Position numbers and translations under genes: made by a program
NCBI GenBank assembly: GCA_965222315.1
Contig: OZ244951.1
Span: 1,644,346-1,708,345 of the forward strand
Length of the DNA: 64,000 nt
Source of the DNA: Alphaproteobacteria bacterium
Lineage (GTDB): Bacteria > Pseudomonadota > Alphaproteobacteria > Bin95
Reading direction: 5' to 3'
The notes under the pieces: generated by a model
Seen by the model: only the letters and a program-made list of their open reading frames with translations
The model's database searches: none
What the model was told of the DNA's origin: nothing
In this document: one piece after another, positions 1 to 9,864 of the stretch
Position numbering within the stretch: position 1 is the first letter of the stretch
Layout of the letters: the number at the start of each line of letters is the position of its first letter

Positions 1-1
1 C

Positions 2-406
2 CGTGGGCGGGTCGGCTCCGTCATTGCCCAGGACTTGTCGCGGGTGCCGCCGGGCCGCCGCATCTATTCAGGCGGCGGCGGCTCCGTCCGCGGCTATGCG
101 GAGCGTAGCATCGGGCCGCTTGATGCCTCCGGCGACCCTACCGGTGGCCTCTCAGTCCTGGAAGGCACTGCTGAACTGCGGGCCAATATTGCCTGGGATA
201 TCGGCGCTGCCGTCTTTCTCGAAGCAGCCTCTGTGTCGGAAGAAGTGGTTCCGGCCTTCTCGGAAGGGGTGCAGTATGCGGCTGGTGTTGGCTTGCGGTA
301 CTACTCGCCAATCGGTCCAATCCGTGTGGATGTCGGCGTGCCGTTAAACGGCCGCCCGACCGACGATTCGTTCCAGATCTACTTCTCCATAGGGCAGGCC
401 TTTTGA
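2..406 (+). CDS. tamA: Omp85-family outer membrane protein, C-terminal end (TamA-like); 5' truncated by window edge
   Basis: Frame open from window start. Barrel motifs GGGGSVRGY and GLRYYSPIGPIRVDVG, terminal QIYFSIGQAF. Stop overlaps the next start (TGATG) and tamB follows. Confidence 0.8.
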   Translation, partial: RGRVGSVIAQDLSRVPPGRRIYSGGGGSVRGYAERSIGPLDASGDPTGGLSVLEGTAELRANIAWDIGAAVFLEAASVSEEVVPAFSEGVQYAAGVGLRYYSPIGPIRVDVGVPLNGRPTDDSFQIYFSIGQAF

Positions 407-3400
407 TGCGACTCCCTATCCTGATTGCGACCCTTGCAGCCATGCTGCTGGCACCGGGCCCGCTCAATGCCCGCATTTCGCTGCTTGGGATCAAGAGCGC
501 GCTTGTCCAGTTCGCTTTGGAGCGGATCAACGTGCCCGGCTCTCTGGAAATCACTGTCGAGCGTCTGGAGAAGGTGGAGGATGACGCCACCGACCTGGTC
601 GGGCTGGCCGTTGCCGACCGGGACGGCGTCTGGCTGCGGATCGAGCGGGTATCCATGGGCTGGGTCCCGGGGCGGCTGGTGCGGGGCGAACTGGTCATCA
701 CCCGCCTCGCTGCAACCAATGTGCAGGTCCTGCGGCAACCGGTGTTCGGCGGGGAGAGTCCGCCTGCTGCTGCGCCAGCCGACGGCCCGGTAGAGATTGC
801 ATGGCCGCGGGCGCCATTGACGGTTGCTGCGGATGGTTTGGCCCTAAATGGTGTTACGATCGCTGCTGGCGTGCTGGGGGAGCAGGCGGTTGCCTTCAAT
901 GCGGAGGGCAGTCTCCGGGATGAAGGTGATGAACAGAGCGCCACGTTCAGCCTGACCCGGACCGACGCGATTGCCGGCAAAATCCGGCTGAACTATCTGC
1001 GGGACTTCGCGGCCGATACCCTCCGCCTGAAGCTGGACGCCGATGAGGCACCCGGCGGCCTGGTCGCGACGCTGGCCGGATTGCCCCCAGGCTCGGCGGC
1101 GGAGGTACATTTGGACGGCGAAGGTCCGATCCTCGAATGGGCGGGGGATCTGCGCGCAGCCATTAGCGATGTCGGCGACCTGGAAGGCCGGATAGCGGTG
1201 CCATCCGTTCAGCCGGCCCATGTCCGCCTGGATGTCCGCGCGCGGGCGCAGGGCCTGGTGAAGGAAAGCGCCGCACCTCTGCTGGATGAACCGGTCGATC
1301 TCAAAACCGACCTGGTCGCGGCGGAAGACGGCCTTATGACCCTGAACAATCTGGACATCAGCGGCAGCCTCGGGGCAATGCTGGCCAGCGGAACATTCGA
1401 CGCCAACTCGGGCCAAATGGATTTGCGTGTCGATGCCGACATCCCGGAGCTTGGCGAACCGCTGCTGCCAGGCGCCAAACTGAGCGGGTTCCGGTTCAAT
1501 GGCCAGGTTGAAGGCGTGCCTGACGACCTGCGGGCCAAGGGACGATTGAATGCGGCAACCCTCGTTTCCCCTGCCGTTGACGCGGGCGGGGTGCTGGTTG
1601 AGGCAGATGTGCGGCTGGCGGCTGGCGAGGTGCGCTTCTCGGTAGACGGCAGCGCAGACGCCCTTCGGGCCGACCGGCTGAACCTTACCGGCGATGGACC
1701 GGTAACGCTGGATATCGCTGGGCTGGTGGCTGACGAGAAGGTGGAACTGACGCGCGCCGATATCGCGAGCCCCTTGCTGAATGCAGCACTCCAGGGGGCG
1801 ATGCGGTTGGATGGCAGCGTCCTTTCTCTGGCTTACAAGGCATCAGCGAATGACTTGGCGCCGATCGCGGCGGCCTATGACATAGAAGCCGGCGGTGGAT
1901 TGCTGGCGGAGGGCCAGGTTGCCGGTAGCCTTGCCAACCCGGACTTGACTGGAAATGCAGCCCTGACAGGCTTTTCCTATAATGGCGAGCCTGTCGGCGA
2001 TGCCCGCCTCGTTCACGAAGTGAGGATTGCGGAGACGATATCCGGTACGGCGACTTTTACGGCGGAAACGGAGCCGTTCGGAGAAGCCGAGGCCCAAGCC
2101 GCATTTGTGCTGCAGGGCAAAACGCTGACGGTTTCTACGCTGGAGGCATCCGCTCTCAACGTGAAGGCGCGGGGAGAAACGCCCATCACAATAGACCTTG
2201 CCAACGGCATGGCGGACGGTCGAGTTTCCTGGAGTTCACCCAACCTGAAAGATATCGGCCGGGTCGCTGGGACCGCGCTGTCCGGCGCTGGGCGCGGTAC
2301 TCTGGCGCTGCGCACGCAAGGTGCCCGGCAAGATGCTGACGTCACTGCCGTGCTGACGCGGTTCGGCGCCGAAGGAATAAATGTTGAGATGGTGTCCGCC
2401 CGCGCCGGTATTCGTGACGTGCTGGCAGCGGAGCCCGCTATCACCGCGTCTGTCGAGGCGCAAACGGCGGCCATGGGCGGTATCAATCTCTCCTCCAGTA
2501 CGGTCGAGGCGAAGGGAACACTGGCAAGCCTGAACATGCAGGCCGCGCTGGTGGGAACTGCGCCTGACGGACGGGACATCACGGCAGATATGACCGCCCG
2601 CGCCGCGCTGACCGGTCCCCGCCAGATGATACGGATATCCCGGTTCCTCGCCGAATATGCCGGCGAAACATTGAGCCTCCGCCAACCGCTAACAATCGCG
2701 ATGGAGGAGGGCACGGTCCGGGCCAACGGCATCGCGCTGGACATTCCTGGCGGGCGCGTTGACGGCGACGTGTCGTTGGCCGGCAACCGCCTGCGGGGGA
2801 AGGTGGCGCTGGACCTGCCGGATATCAGCCGGTTGGCGGCGATAGCTGGCCTGTCGATCCAAGGCGGCGCGCTGAAGGCCAGCACGGCGTTTGACAGCCA
2901 GCGCTCGGCAACGCTTCAGGCTGAGGTCAAGGCGCTGCGCTCCGAGCACCTGCCGCGGGAGGCGGCCGGCCTGGATATTACGCTGTCAGGCGATTGGGAC
3001 GGACGGACTGCATCGGTGGACGGACGCGTGGACGGCGGTTTCGGGGCCCCGGCATTGGTTGCGGCAAGCGTGGCCTTGCGGCCTTCCGCCGGGATAGTCC
3101 CGCTGCCGAAGGCCAATGCGGCTCTCAAGGGCAGCGTGAAATGGCAAGGCCGCGTCGAGGCTCTTTGGGCCGCGCTGCCCGCGCCGGACCACTACCTGGA
3201 AGGCGCGGCGGAGCTGGATCTGGCTGTGACAGGTACCCTGGAAAATCCTGTGCTGGCCGGCAGTATCGCGCTCAGCGATGGGCGCTATGAGAACCTGGAA
3301 ACCGGCACGATTCTGGCCGATCTGTCCGTGGTTTCCGAGATTGCGCCCGACGGTGCGTTCGTTGTGGACGTGGTCGGCAATGATGGAGGCAACGGGCCTG

Positions 3401-4371
3401 TGACGGCGCGTCTGTCGGTCAAGGAGGGCACGTTGGACGGCAAAATCGAGACACGGCAGGCAACGCTGGTCCGCCGCCCGGAACTGGAAGCCGTAATGTC
3501 GGCCGACATAGCCGTCAAAGGACCCATCGCCGGACCCACTATTTCCGGTGAGGTTTTGGTCAACCGGGCAGAAGTACGCCTGATCAATGCGCTTCCCCCC
3601 GATATTGCGACATTGGGCGATGTCCGGATCAAGGGCGCGCCGAAACCGCGGGAGAAACCCTCTGAGGACAGTCTCGTTGGCCTCGACCTGCGCATCTATG
3701 CGCCGAACAGTCTGTTTGTGCGCGGCCGTGGGCTCGATAGCGAATGGCAGATGGATATCGCCGTCGACGGTAATTCCGGCAGGCCGAATGTACGTGGCAG
3801 CATTGAGAAAGTGCGTGGCCAACTGGTTCTCGTCGGGCGCACCTTTGACCTGGATACCGGCCGAATCGCATTTTCCGGTGCAACCCCGGTCGATCCCGAT
3901 CTCGACGTCAGGCTGACTCGGAGCAATGATGGTATTACTGGCGGCGTGGTGGTCAGCGGCAGGGCGTCCGACCCGCAGATTGATTTCGTTTCGACGCCAT
4001 CACTGCCGAATGGAGAAGTCATGCCCAGGCTGCTTTTCGGCCAGTCCCGGCAATCATTGACGGCGCTTCAGGCGGTGGAGCTGGCAAGCGGCATCGCGAC
4101 GTTGCTCGATGGGTCCGGCGGCCGCATTGATCAGATAAGAAGCGCTGTGGGGCTCGACGTTCTGCGGTTGGAGGACGATGGCGACGGCACGGGCGTCACC
4201 GTGGGCAAGAATGTGAGCGACGGCGTGTTCGTCGGCGCTACCCAGCCGTTGGACGGCAGCGCGCCGCGGGTACGGGTTGAGATCGACGTCTACGACAATT
4301 TCGCAGTCGAAACCGACATCGGAACCCAGGGCGGCACCAATGTCGGTGTGAAGTGGAAGCGGGACTTCTAA
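406..4371 (+). CDS. tamB: Translocation and assembly module protein TamB (DUF490-type C-terminus)
   Basis: ~1321-aa ORF with N-terminal signal anchor MRLPILIATLAAMLLAP and a long beta-rich body. C-terminus YDNFAVETDIGTQGGTNVGVKWKRDF. ATG at 406 preferred over TTG at 403. Confidence 0.85.
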   Translation: MRLPILIATLAAMLLAPGPLNARISLLGIKSALVQFALERINVPGSLEITVERLEKVEDDATDLVGLAVADRDGVWLRIERVSMGWVPGRLVRGELVITRLAATNVQVLRQPVFGGESPPAAAPADGPVEIAWPRAPLTVAADGLALNGVTIAAGVLGEQAVAFNAEGSLRDEGDEQSATFSLTRTDAIAGKIRLNYLRDFAADTLRLKLDADEAPGGLVATLAGLPPGSAAEVHLDGEGPILEWAGDLRAAISDVGDLEGRIAVPSVQPAHVRLDVRARAQGLVKESAAPLLDEPVDLKTDLVAAEDGLMTLNNLDISGSLGAMLASGTFDANSGQMDLRVDADIPELGEPLLPGAKLSGFRFNGQVEGVPDDLRAKGRLNAATLVSPAVDAGGVLVEADVRLAAGEVRFSVDGSADALRADRLNLTGDGPVTLDIAGLVADEKVELTRADIASPLLNAALQGAMRLDGSVLSLAYKASANDLAPIAAAYDIEAGGGLLAEGQVAGSLANPDLTGNAALTGFSYNGEPVGDARLVHEVRIAETISGTATFTAETEPFGEAEAQAAFVLQGKTLTVSTLEASALNVKARGETPITIDLANGMADGRVSWSSPNLKDIGRVAGTALSGAGRGTLALRTQGARQDADVTAVLTRFGAEGINVEMVSARAGIRDVLAAEPAITASVEAQTAAMGGINLSSSTVEAKGTLASLNMQAALVGTAPDGRDITADMTARAALTGPRQMIRISRFLAEYAGETLSLRQPLTIAMEEGTVRANGIALDIPGGRVDGDVSLAGNRLRGKVALDLPDISRLAAIAGLSIQGGALKASTAFDSQRSATLQAEVKALRSEHLPREAAGLDITLSGDWDGRTASVDGRVDGGFGAPALVAASVALRPSAGIVPLPKANAALKGSVKWQGRVEALWAALPAPDHYLEGAAELDLAVTGTLENPVLAGSIALSDGRYENLETGTILADLSVVSEIAPDGAFVVDVVGNDGGNGPVTARLSVKEGTLDGKIETRQATLVRRPELEAVMSADIAVKGPIAGPTISGEVLVNRAEVRLINALPPDIATLGDVRIKGAPKPREKPSEDSLVGLDLRIYAPNSLFVRGRGLDSEWQMDIAVDGNSGRPNVRGSIEKVRGQLVLVGRTFDLDTGRIAFSGATPVDPDLDVRLTRSNDGITGGVVVSGRASDPQIDFVSTPSLPNGEVMPRLLFGQSRQSLTALQAVELASGIATLLDGSGGRIDQIRSAVGLDVLRLEDDGDGTGVTVGKNVSDGVFVGATQPLDGSAPRVRVEIDVYDNFAVETDIGTQGGTNVGVKWKRDF

Positions 4372-4529
4372 ACGTATCACCTGGCCGGATGGGATCGCTG
4401 GCCCGTCGGGGTTATGACCGTGGCGGGTGGAAGCGGCCCTGTGACGGGTGTGCGGCCAGCGCCGTCGCTGCGTTTTGCGAGGCAGCCGTCGGCAGCGGTG
4501 GATCGGAAAGCCGGAATCGTGGAGCGGCC

Positions 4530-4634
4530 GAGATGCCGCTTGGCCTGGTTCCAAAAATTCCCGATTTTGTTGATGTGGTTGCGGGCTTCAACAAAGCTTT
4601 GAGAATGGTTAATGCGGATGTGCAGCTCAGTCAT
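4530..4634 (-). pseudogene. IS1595-family (ISXO2-like) transposase gene fragment
   Basis: Peptide ELHIRINHSQSFVEARNHINKIGNFWNQAKRHL resembles the conserved C-terminal block of IS1595-type transposases. Only ~35 codons. A shorter piece of the same block recurs at 45341-45364. Confidence 0.4.
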
Positions 4635-4820
4635 AAACTTGGTCTCAAGGGGATCCCCCGCGATTCAATCAATACCGAATACGCTCCACGTTTCAGGAGA
4701 TGTCCGCATGAACAGGCATTCATCCAGAGATGAACGGGGGAGGGGATGGTTTCCTAATATCAAAACGGGATAGGTCTTGGCTCTTTGTGGGAAACGTTAG
4801 AACCTTCCCCGGAACCATCG

Positions 4821-7800
4821 TTACACAGCCCAAACATCCACGTTGACGAACGCCTCCGTGAACCCGCCCTGGCTGTCACTGGCCCAATATTTGAAGGACT
4901 CGCTTCCGGCGAAGCTTAGGGATGGGCGGTAGGTGATCGTGCCGTCGCCATTGTCGAAAACGGTCCCATAGGTCGGCTGGGCGATGCCGTCGATCTCTAG
5001 CGCATCTCCGTCCGCGTCCCAGTCGTTCTGCAGCAGGTCGATCGTCACGTCAGTTTCGATTGATGTAGATGCGGTGTCATCTTGGGCGACGGGAGCTGTA
5101 TTGTTCAGATTAATCGTGCCGGCATATTTCGCGTTTTCATAAGGGGCAAATTGTCCGAGAATGTTATCTAATGTGTCAGATAGTTCGACAATATTACCAG
5201 TCTTAAAGATTTCGCCAGTCCCGCGGTCTGTGTAATAGCTTTCCAATATAAAATAGTTTACGCCCTGAGTGCTATAGTACCCATCTTGCTCCAGTATCTC
5301 AATTACATGGTTCTTCGTTACATCGTATCCGTAGGGTTCGGAACTGTGATCAAAACCATCCGTCCCAGCCGGAATGTTAATCGTGCCAATACTATCAGTC
5401 TTGACCCCGGCAATGGTCACATGTGGATCCGCAGAATCATAGTAAAGTGGTAGATTAAGATCAATTGCAAGATTATTTCCCTGCAATGAACTGCTCACAA
5501 TTAGCTCATCCACGTTCGGGTCGAAATGCTTCATATCTTCATTGACGATGTTCAAGAATGTTGGATTGACAACCTTGTATTGGGTAACATCAACACTCTC
5601 GTTGAAGCTAAAATTTTTGTCTAGATTAATCCCGTTTGCGAAAGAATCGATTTTCGGATCGATCGCAACCATATCGACAGCATTTTGACCGAAAATAATA
5701 CCATCGCCGATCGCGCCCGCCCTTGCCGGTGTCGACTTAGCAATTAAATCCAGATTATCCAGTACATAGTGGCCAGTGTATTCAAAAAAAGCACCGACAT
5801 TTACTTCCCACGCAGTAAAATCGACAATCTTAGAATGAACGTCGAACCCTTGATATGGGTTGTTCTTCACAATATGCAGGCCTTCGTTTGCCGCAAACGT
5901 CTCATTTCCCGAAAAATGCAGGATAGGAGTTTTGTTAGGGTCTATTGGTCCGTTGCCGAGCACTTCTGGAAGATCGAACAGGCTTGGATCGAACCTGATC
6001 TGACCATCCAAGTCATTATCAAGATCTTGATAACGCCCTCTGTGAAAGTACGTGAACCCATGATTTACGCTCGCAGCAACATTGTCTGCTACCTTGATCA
6101 TCCGCCCCTGGAAAAAGAACCCGTCACCGCCTTTTCCTGTATCAAAGTTGGCGCCATCACTTTGGTTTTTCGCCAGGCTCCAGTTTATGCCCTTGGCAAA
6201 AATGGCAATATTGTTCGTCCATGCGCCCGTTTCATTACCTGCTTCGGCGACATAGCCCGCGCCGAACGTGTCGTAGGTGGCGTTGCTGTGCAAAATGGCA
6301 TGAGAGTCATGATGCACAAAACCCCAGCCAGGGGAGCCAAAAACCGCGTTGCCCTCCGCAATAACCGGAGCCATCGGGTCGTCGATGCCGGTTTTGTGCA
6401 GGTGGAAAGAATAGCGCCCTTTAACATTACTGTCTGAGGCGATATTGGAAAACTCGTGCGGGTTCAGGGCGAGCACCGACTTGTCAGTTCGCCCCAATTC
6501 GCTGAACTCGACAAAGCGGACATCCACATCGTCGCTATGCATGAACATCACGTGACCACGGTGGTGGATCTCTGCCGCGCCGCCATTCTCTGACTCGATG
6601 GACACATTGCGGGTATAGTTTGCGACAGACGCTTTCAGGTCCGCACGTGGTGTCTGATGGTCAAACTGAAGGGGTGCATCAAAGAAAACTGTATCGCCAT
6701 TGATATTAGATATCGTCAATATTTCATCTTGCGGCGCCCGATAACTATTTGGGTTGTTTGCCCAAATATAGCCATCATATTGCGTGCCGGTTAGGACAAT
6801 AGTGTCGCCAATCTGCCAATTGTCAGGGACCTCTTCTAACGTAAGCGAGGTTTCCCCCGCCAAGGGATCTACCGCAACCTTCAAGTGCGTGGTTTTTTCC
6901 TGCCCATGCATCTCTACGGTCCCGTGCGAGACAAGACCTCTCGAAATCAGGAGCGGGTCCCAGGCGACATCGATGTCTCCATTGTCGGCGATGACGATTT
7001 CGACTTTAACGTTGCCGGCGACCGGATTGCTCTTCGTGCCGGCTGTGAGTGTGCCGTTTTGATCGACGACAAGCGTATCCACCACTATTTTGGAGTCTGT
7101 AGTGGTGGAGAAGTGCAGTTCTCCGTCAACCCGGACCGTCATCAGGCGGTCATTCGAAATACCATCATAGTCTACTACAACACCATCGGATATCAGGACT
7201 CTGGCGTCATCACCGGGCACGCTATTCCCTGCCCAGGTGGCGGGATCAAACCAGGAACCATTATTGATGGCCGTATGCGTAACGTCTGCGTGTTTAACCA
7301 GATTGAACACCGCCATGTGCTCATCATGCTGTAAGGTTGACGGATCATGGGGGGAGGCTGCGGTCACATTGACAGTCACGGTTGCGGTGCTTGTCCCGCC
7401 GTTTCCGTCGGTGACGGTATAGGTGAAACTGTCGGTTCCTACGAAGCCGGTGTTCGGCGTGTAGGTCAGCGTACCATCCGGGTTTCCGGTAAGATTGCCG
7501 CCGGTCGCAGCACCGTAGGTCAATAAGCTTAGCGCGTCGCCATCGCCATCGATGTCGTTTGCCAGGGGATCGATCGTGACAGGCATATCCTTGTCGGTCG
7601 CCACGAAATCGTCGGCGGTGATGGGTGGATTGTTTACCGCGGCGACATTGACAGTCACGGTTGCGGTGCTTGTCCCACCGTTTCCGTCGGTGACGGTATA
7701 GGCAAAACTGTCGGTTCCTACGAAGCCGGTGTTCGGCGTGTAGGTCAGCGTACCATCTGGGTTTTCGGTAAGATTGCCGCCGGCGGCAGCATCGTAGGTC

Positions 7801-8258
7801 AATAAGCTTAGCGCGTCGCCATCGCCGTCGGTGTCGTTTGCCAGAGGATCGATCGTGACAGGCATATCCTTGCCGGTCGCCACTAAATCGTCGGCGGCGA
7901 CGGGCGGATTGTTTACATTGCCGGTTACATCGATTGTGACGGTGCCTTGGGCTGTATTGCCGTTCACCCAAAAATTTCGATCATTGATTACATACGTAAA
8001 CGTTACGACCCCAACAAAACCTGGGTCCGGGTAGAATGTAATTTTTCCGTTGTTGAATTCTTCAATGTATCCCCCCGTCAAAAAAATAAGATCAGGATTA
8101 TAATTCCGTAATAATTGACCATTAATAGAGTTGATCGTAATCTTATCACCATTCAAATCATAGTCATTATCCAAGAGATCAATAAAGACAGGCTGTCCCT
8201 GGTTAGTGGTCGCAGTATCATCTGTAGCGACTGGTGGGACGAATGGATAGCGCGCCAT
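4821..8258 (-). CDS. Large (1145 aa) surface/secreted protein: cadherin/VCBS-like DxDxDGD repeat domains (3 N-terminal, 1 C-terminal) flanking a G8 domain plus right-handed beta-helix core
   Basis: Repeats carry PVTIDPLANDTDGDGDALSL...GTLTYTPNTGFVGTDSF.YTVTDGNGG. G8-like block WFDPATWAGNSVPGDDARVLISDGVVV...GELHFS...GTLTAG, then GRYSFHLH. GC is visibly below the flanks. No N-terminal signal peptide. Confidence 0.8.
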   Translation of the reverse strand: MARYPFVPPVATDDTATTNQGQPVFIDLLDNDYDLNGDKITINSINGQLLRNYNPDLIFLTGGYIEEFNNGKITFYPDPGFVGVVTFTYVINDRNFWVNGNTAQGTVTIDVTGNVNNPPVAADDLVATGKDMPVTIDPLANDTDGDGDALSLLTYDAAAGGNLTENPDGTLTYTPNTGFVGTDSFAYTVTDGNGGTSTATVTVNVAAVNNPPITADDFVATDKDMPVTIDPLANDIDGDGDALSLLTYGAATGGNLTGNPDGTLTYTPNTGFVGTDSFTYTVTDGNGGTSTATVTVNVTAASPHDPSTLQHDEHMAVFNLVKHADVTHTAINNGSWFDPATWAGNSVPGDDARVLISDGVVVDYDGISNDRLMTVRVDGELHFSTTTDSKIVVDTLVVDQNGTLTAGTKSNPVAGNVKVEIVIADNGDIDVAWDPLLISRGLVSHGTVEMHGQEKTTHLKVAVDPLAGETSLTLEEVPDNWQIGDTIVLTGTQYDGYIWANNPNSYRAPQDEILTISNINGDTVFFDAPLQFDHQTPRADLKASVANYTRNVSIESENGGAAEIHHRGHVMFMHSDDVDVRFVEFSELGRTDKSVLALNPHEFSNIASDSNVKGRYSFHLHKTGIDDPMAPVIAEGNAVFGSPGWGFVHHDSHAILHSNATYDTFGAGYVAEAGNETGAWTNNIAIFAKGINWSLAKNQSDGANFDTGKGGDGFFFQGRMIKVADNVAASVNHGFTYFHRGRYQDLDNDLDGQIRFDPSLFDLPEVLGNGPIDPNKTPILHFSGNETFAANEGLHIVKNNPYQGFDVHSKIVDFTAWEVNVGAFFEYTGHYVLDNLDLIAKSTPARAGAIGDGIIFGQNAVDMVAIDPKIDSFANGINLDKNFSFNESVDVTQYKVVNPTFLNIVNEDMKHFDPNVDELIVSSSLQGNNLAIDLNLPLYYDSADPHVTIAGVKTDSIGTINIPAGTDGFDHSSEPYGYDVTKNHVIEILEQDGYYSTQGVNYFILESYYTDRGTGEIFKTGNIVELSDTLDNILGQFAPYENAKYAGTINLNNTAPVAQDDTASTSIETDVTIDLLQNDWDADGDALEIDGIAQPTYGTVFDNGDGTITYRPSLSFAGSESFKYWASDSQGGFTEAFVNVDVWAV
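7359..7916 (-). repeat. Tandem duplication, 2 x 279 bp (93 codons), inside the large surface-protein gene
   Basis: Residues ~115-207 and ~208-300 are near-identical. DNA blocks starting near 7365 and 7644 match with period 279. Confidence 0.85.
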
Positions 8259-8699
8259 CGGATATTACCCCTTTTAATAGCAACATATTACCACAGGCAT
8301 TAATTGCACAGAATCGATATGACAGTAAGTTTAGTATGTCAAGGAGGTATTCTCAGAAAACATGTATATACATATGTAACAAAGTGAGCTTTTTGTCAGA
8401 TACTAGGGGTTTCTTTTCAGTTTTATTGGTCTGTTGTGCAGATTTGCATATTTAGGAGAGTGAATTTTAATATAACCAATTTTAGGTTGTGTGTTTTGAG
8501 TGTATTCATAATTAAATCAATCAGGTAATATCTACAGATTATATTCTCTGTATATACAGTGTACGAGACAATTACAGGTCGCGTTATGAAAGCGTGGCAT
8601 CTTTTGTCTGGGGAACGCCTACTTGTAAGTTTCCAACTGACGAGGTGGCGTTCTCGGTTGAAACGATTGTGCAGGCCGGCGTGGAAGGAAGTGAATTTT

Positions 8700-8826
8700 G
8701 GGGGTCTGTTGCATTATTGGCTGGCTGAGTTCGAGGATTGGCATTTTTTGGGGGGGGGCAACGAGATGCGCAGATCGCCATTCAAGGGGCATCGATTCCC
8801 ACAAGCCATCATCCTCACTGCCATCG
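8700..8826 (+). mobile_element. IS6-family left-end remnant (IR-like sequence plus first ~20 codons of transposase)
   Basis: GGGGTCTGTTGCA at 8700 resembles the IS6/IS26-type IR. MRRSPFKGHRFPQAIILTAI (from 8766) is a typical IS6 transposase N-terminus. The frame then runs into unrelated sequence. Confidence 0.4.
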
Positions 8827-9414
8827 GCGTGCCGGAGCTGGGCTTACTCCAGGCGCTGGATCGGGCCGAGGCTTTCGCCGAACAACGCTCCAAGGCAACC
8901 GATCCCAACGGCAGGCTGCAGCTGCGCTCCCTCATCGAGCAAATCACCATCGCCGAGGATGGCGTCACCATCTCCTTGGCTATCTCCGACCTGCTCAACA
9001 TGCTGGGCCATAAGATTGAAGGCATGGTTAACGAGCAGACGCATGATCTGTCCGTGCCGGCATGCCTGCAGCGGGAAGGGATGGAGATGCGGCTCGTTGA
9101 CGAGAGAGCGTCGGCAGCTGGACCCGATGCCACGATGGTCCGCCTGCTAACAAAAGGCCTGGGCCATCCGCAACGACATGCTCAAGGGCGACGGCCGGTC
9201 CCTGACCGAGATTGCCGCTGGCCACAGCATCGGTGACAGTTGTGCCGGCCGTCTGCTGCGCATCGCATTCCTTGCACAGGAAATTGTCGAAACCATCCTT
9301 GCCGGCAAGCAGCCGATCGACCTGACCGCCAATCGCCTGACGATCATTCCGGAAACCCCGGTCGACTGGGCCGAGCAGCGCATGCTGATACTTGGTTCCG
9401 AAGCTCAAGTCTGA
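8827..9414 (+). pseudogene. Recombinase-family (serine recombinase type) C-terminal fragment, frameshifted
   Basis: Two frames: ...LQLRSLIEQITIAEDGVTISLAISDLL...PDATMVRLLTKG, then SIGDSCAGRLLRIAFLAQEIVETILAGKQPIDLTANRLTIIPETPVDWAEQRMLIL. This tail is typical of recombinase-family proteins. No N-terminal catalytic domain is present. Confidence 0.55.
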
Positions 9415-9864
9415 GCGCTCATTACCCAGCACTGCAGAAAGGCCGGTCCTGCCGAATCTGCACCAAGAAAGCCGCCTTCCCCAATATCCTGGCCAAGATG
9501 CAGCGCTAACCGTACCGCCGAATTCCCAAACTGAGACAGCATCGCTATCAGCATCGTCTGCCAGTGAACTGCCGCGTCTCAGCCAGTCAAAGGTACGGAG
9601 GTGTCCCGCTAAGCCTGAGATAAGACGGTTGAATAAAGCACAACCAAAGGCATGTAACTGTTTAATATCAAAATGTTAACTCATGGCGGAGAGAGAGTCC
9701 GCCATTTAAAGGTAAAACTCTACATAATATATTGTAAATTAATGATTTTATGAATCATCGTATTCCAAAATGTACCGCAAAATGTGCTGCGAATCCTATG
9801 GCTCTTTCGAACTCCGTGGTTCGGCAGCATCCAATAGTCGAATGATATCGGAGAGAACCCAGCA

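Noticed and set aside
138-3822. Long antisense ORFs inside tamB (138-980, 2013-2885, 2986-3822 on the minus strand and others)
   Set aside because: Arg/Ala/Pro-rich translations are typical of off-frame ORFs in high-GC DNA. They overlap a well-supported gene completely and contain no motifs.
4603-4630. ~24-35 bp match between 4603-4630 and 45338-45364 (ATGGTTAATGCGGATGT.CAGCT) as possible direct repeats delimiting an island
   Set aside because: Both lie within scraps of the same IS1595-type transposase coding block (L.IRINH). Shared IS debris explains them better than att sites.
4821-8258. RTX/type I secretion toxin call for the large repeat protein
   Set aside because: No GGxGxD nonapeptide repeats were seen, and no T1SS genes are adjacent. 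Only a generic cadherin-repeat/G8 description is supported.
8559-9236. 225-aa ORF as a single gene
   Set aside because: It is a chimeric read-through of an AT-rich leader, an IS6 transposase N-terminal scrap and a recombinase fragment. The recombinase tail continues in another frame.
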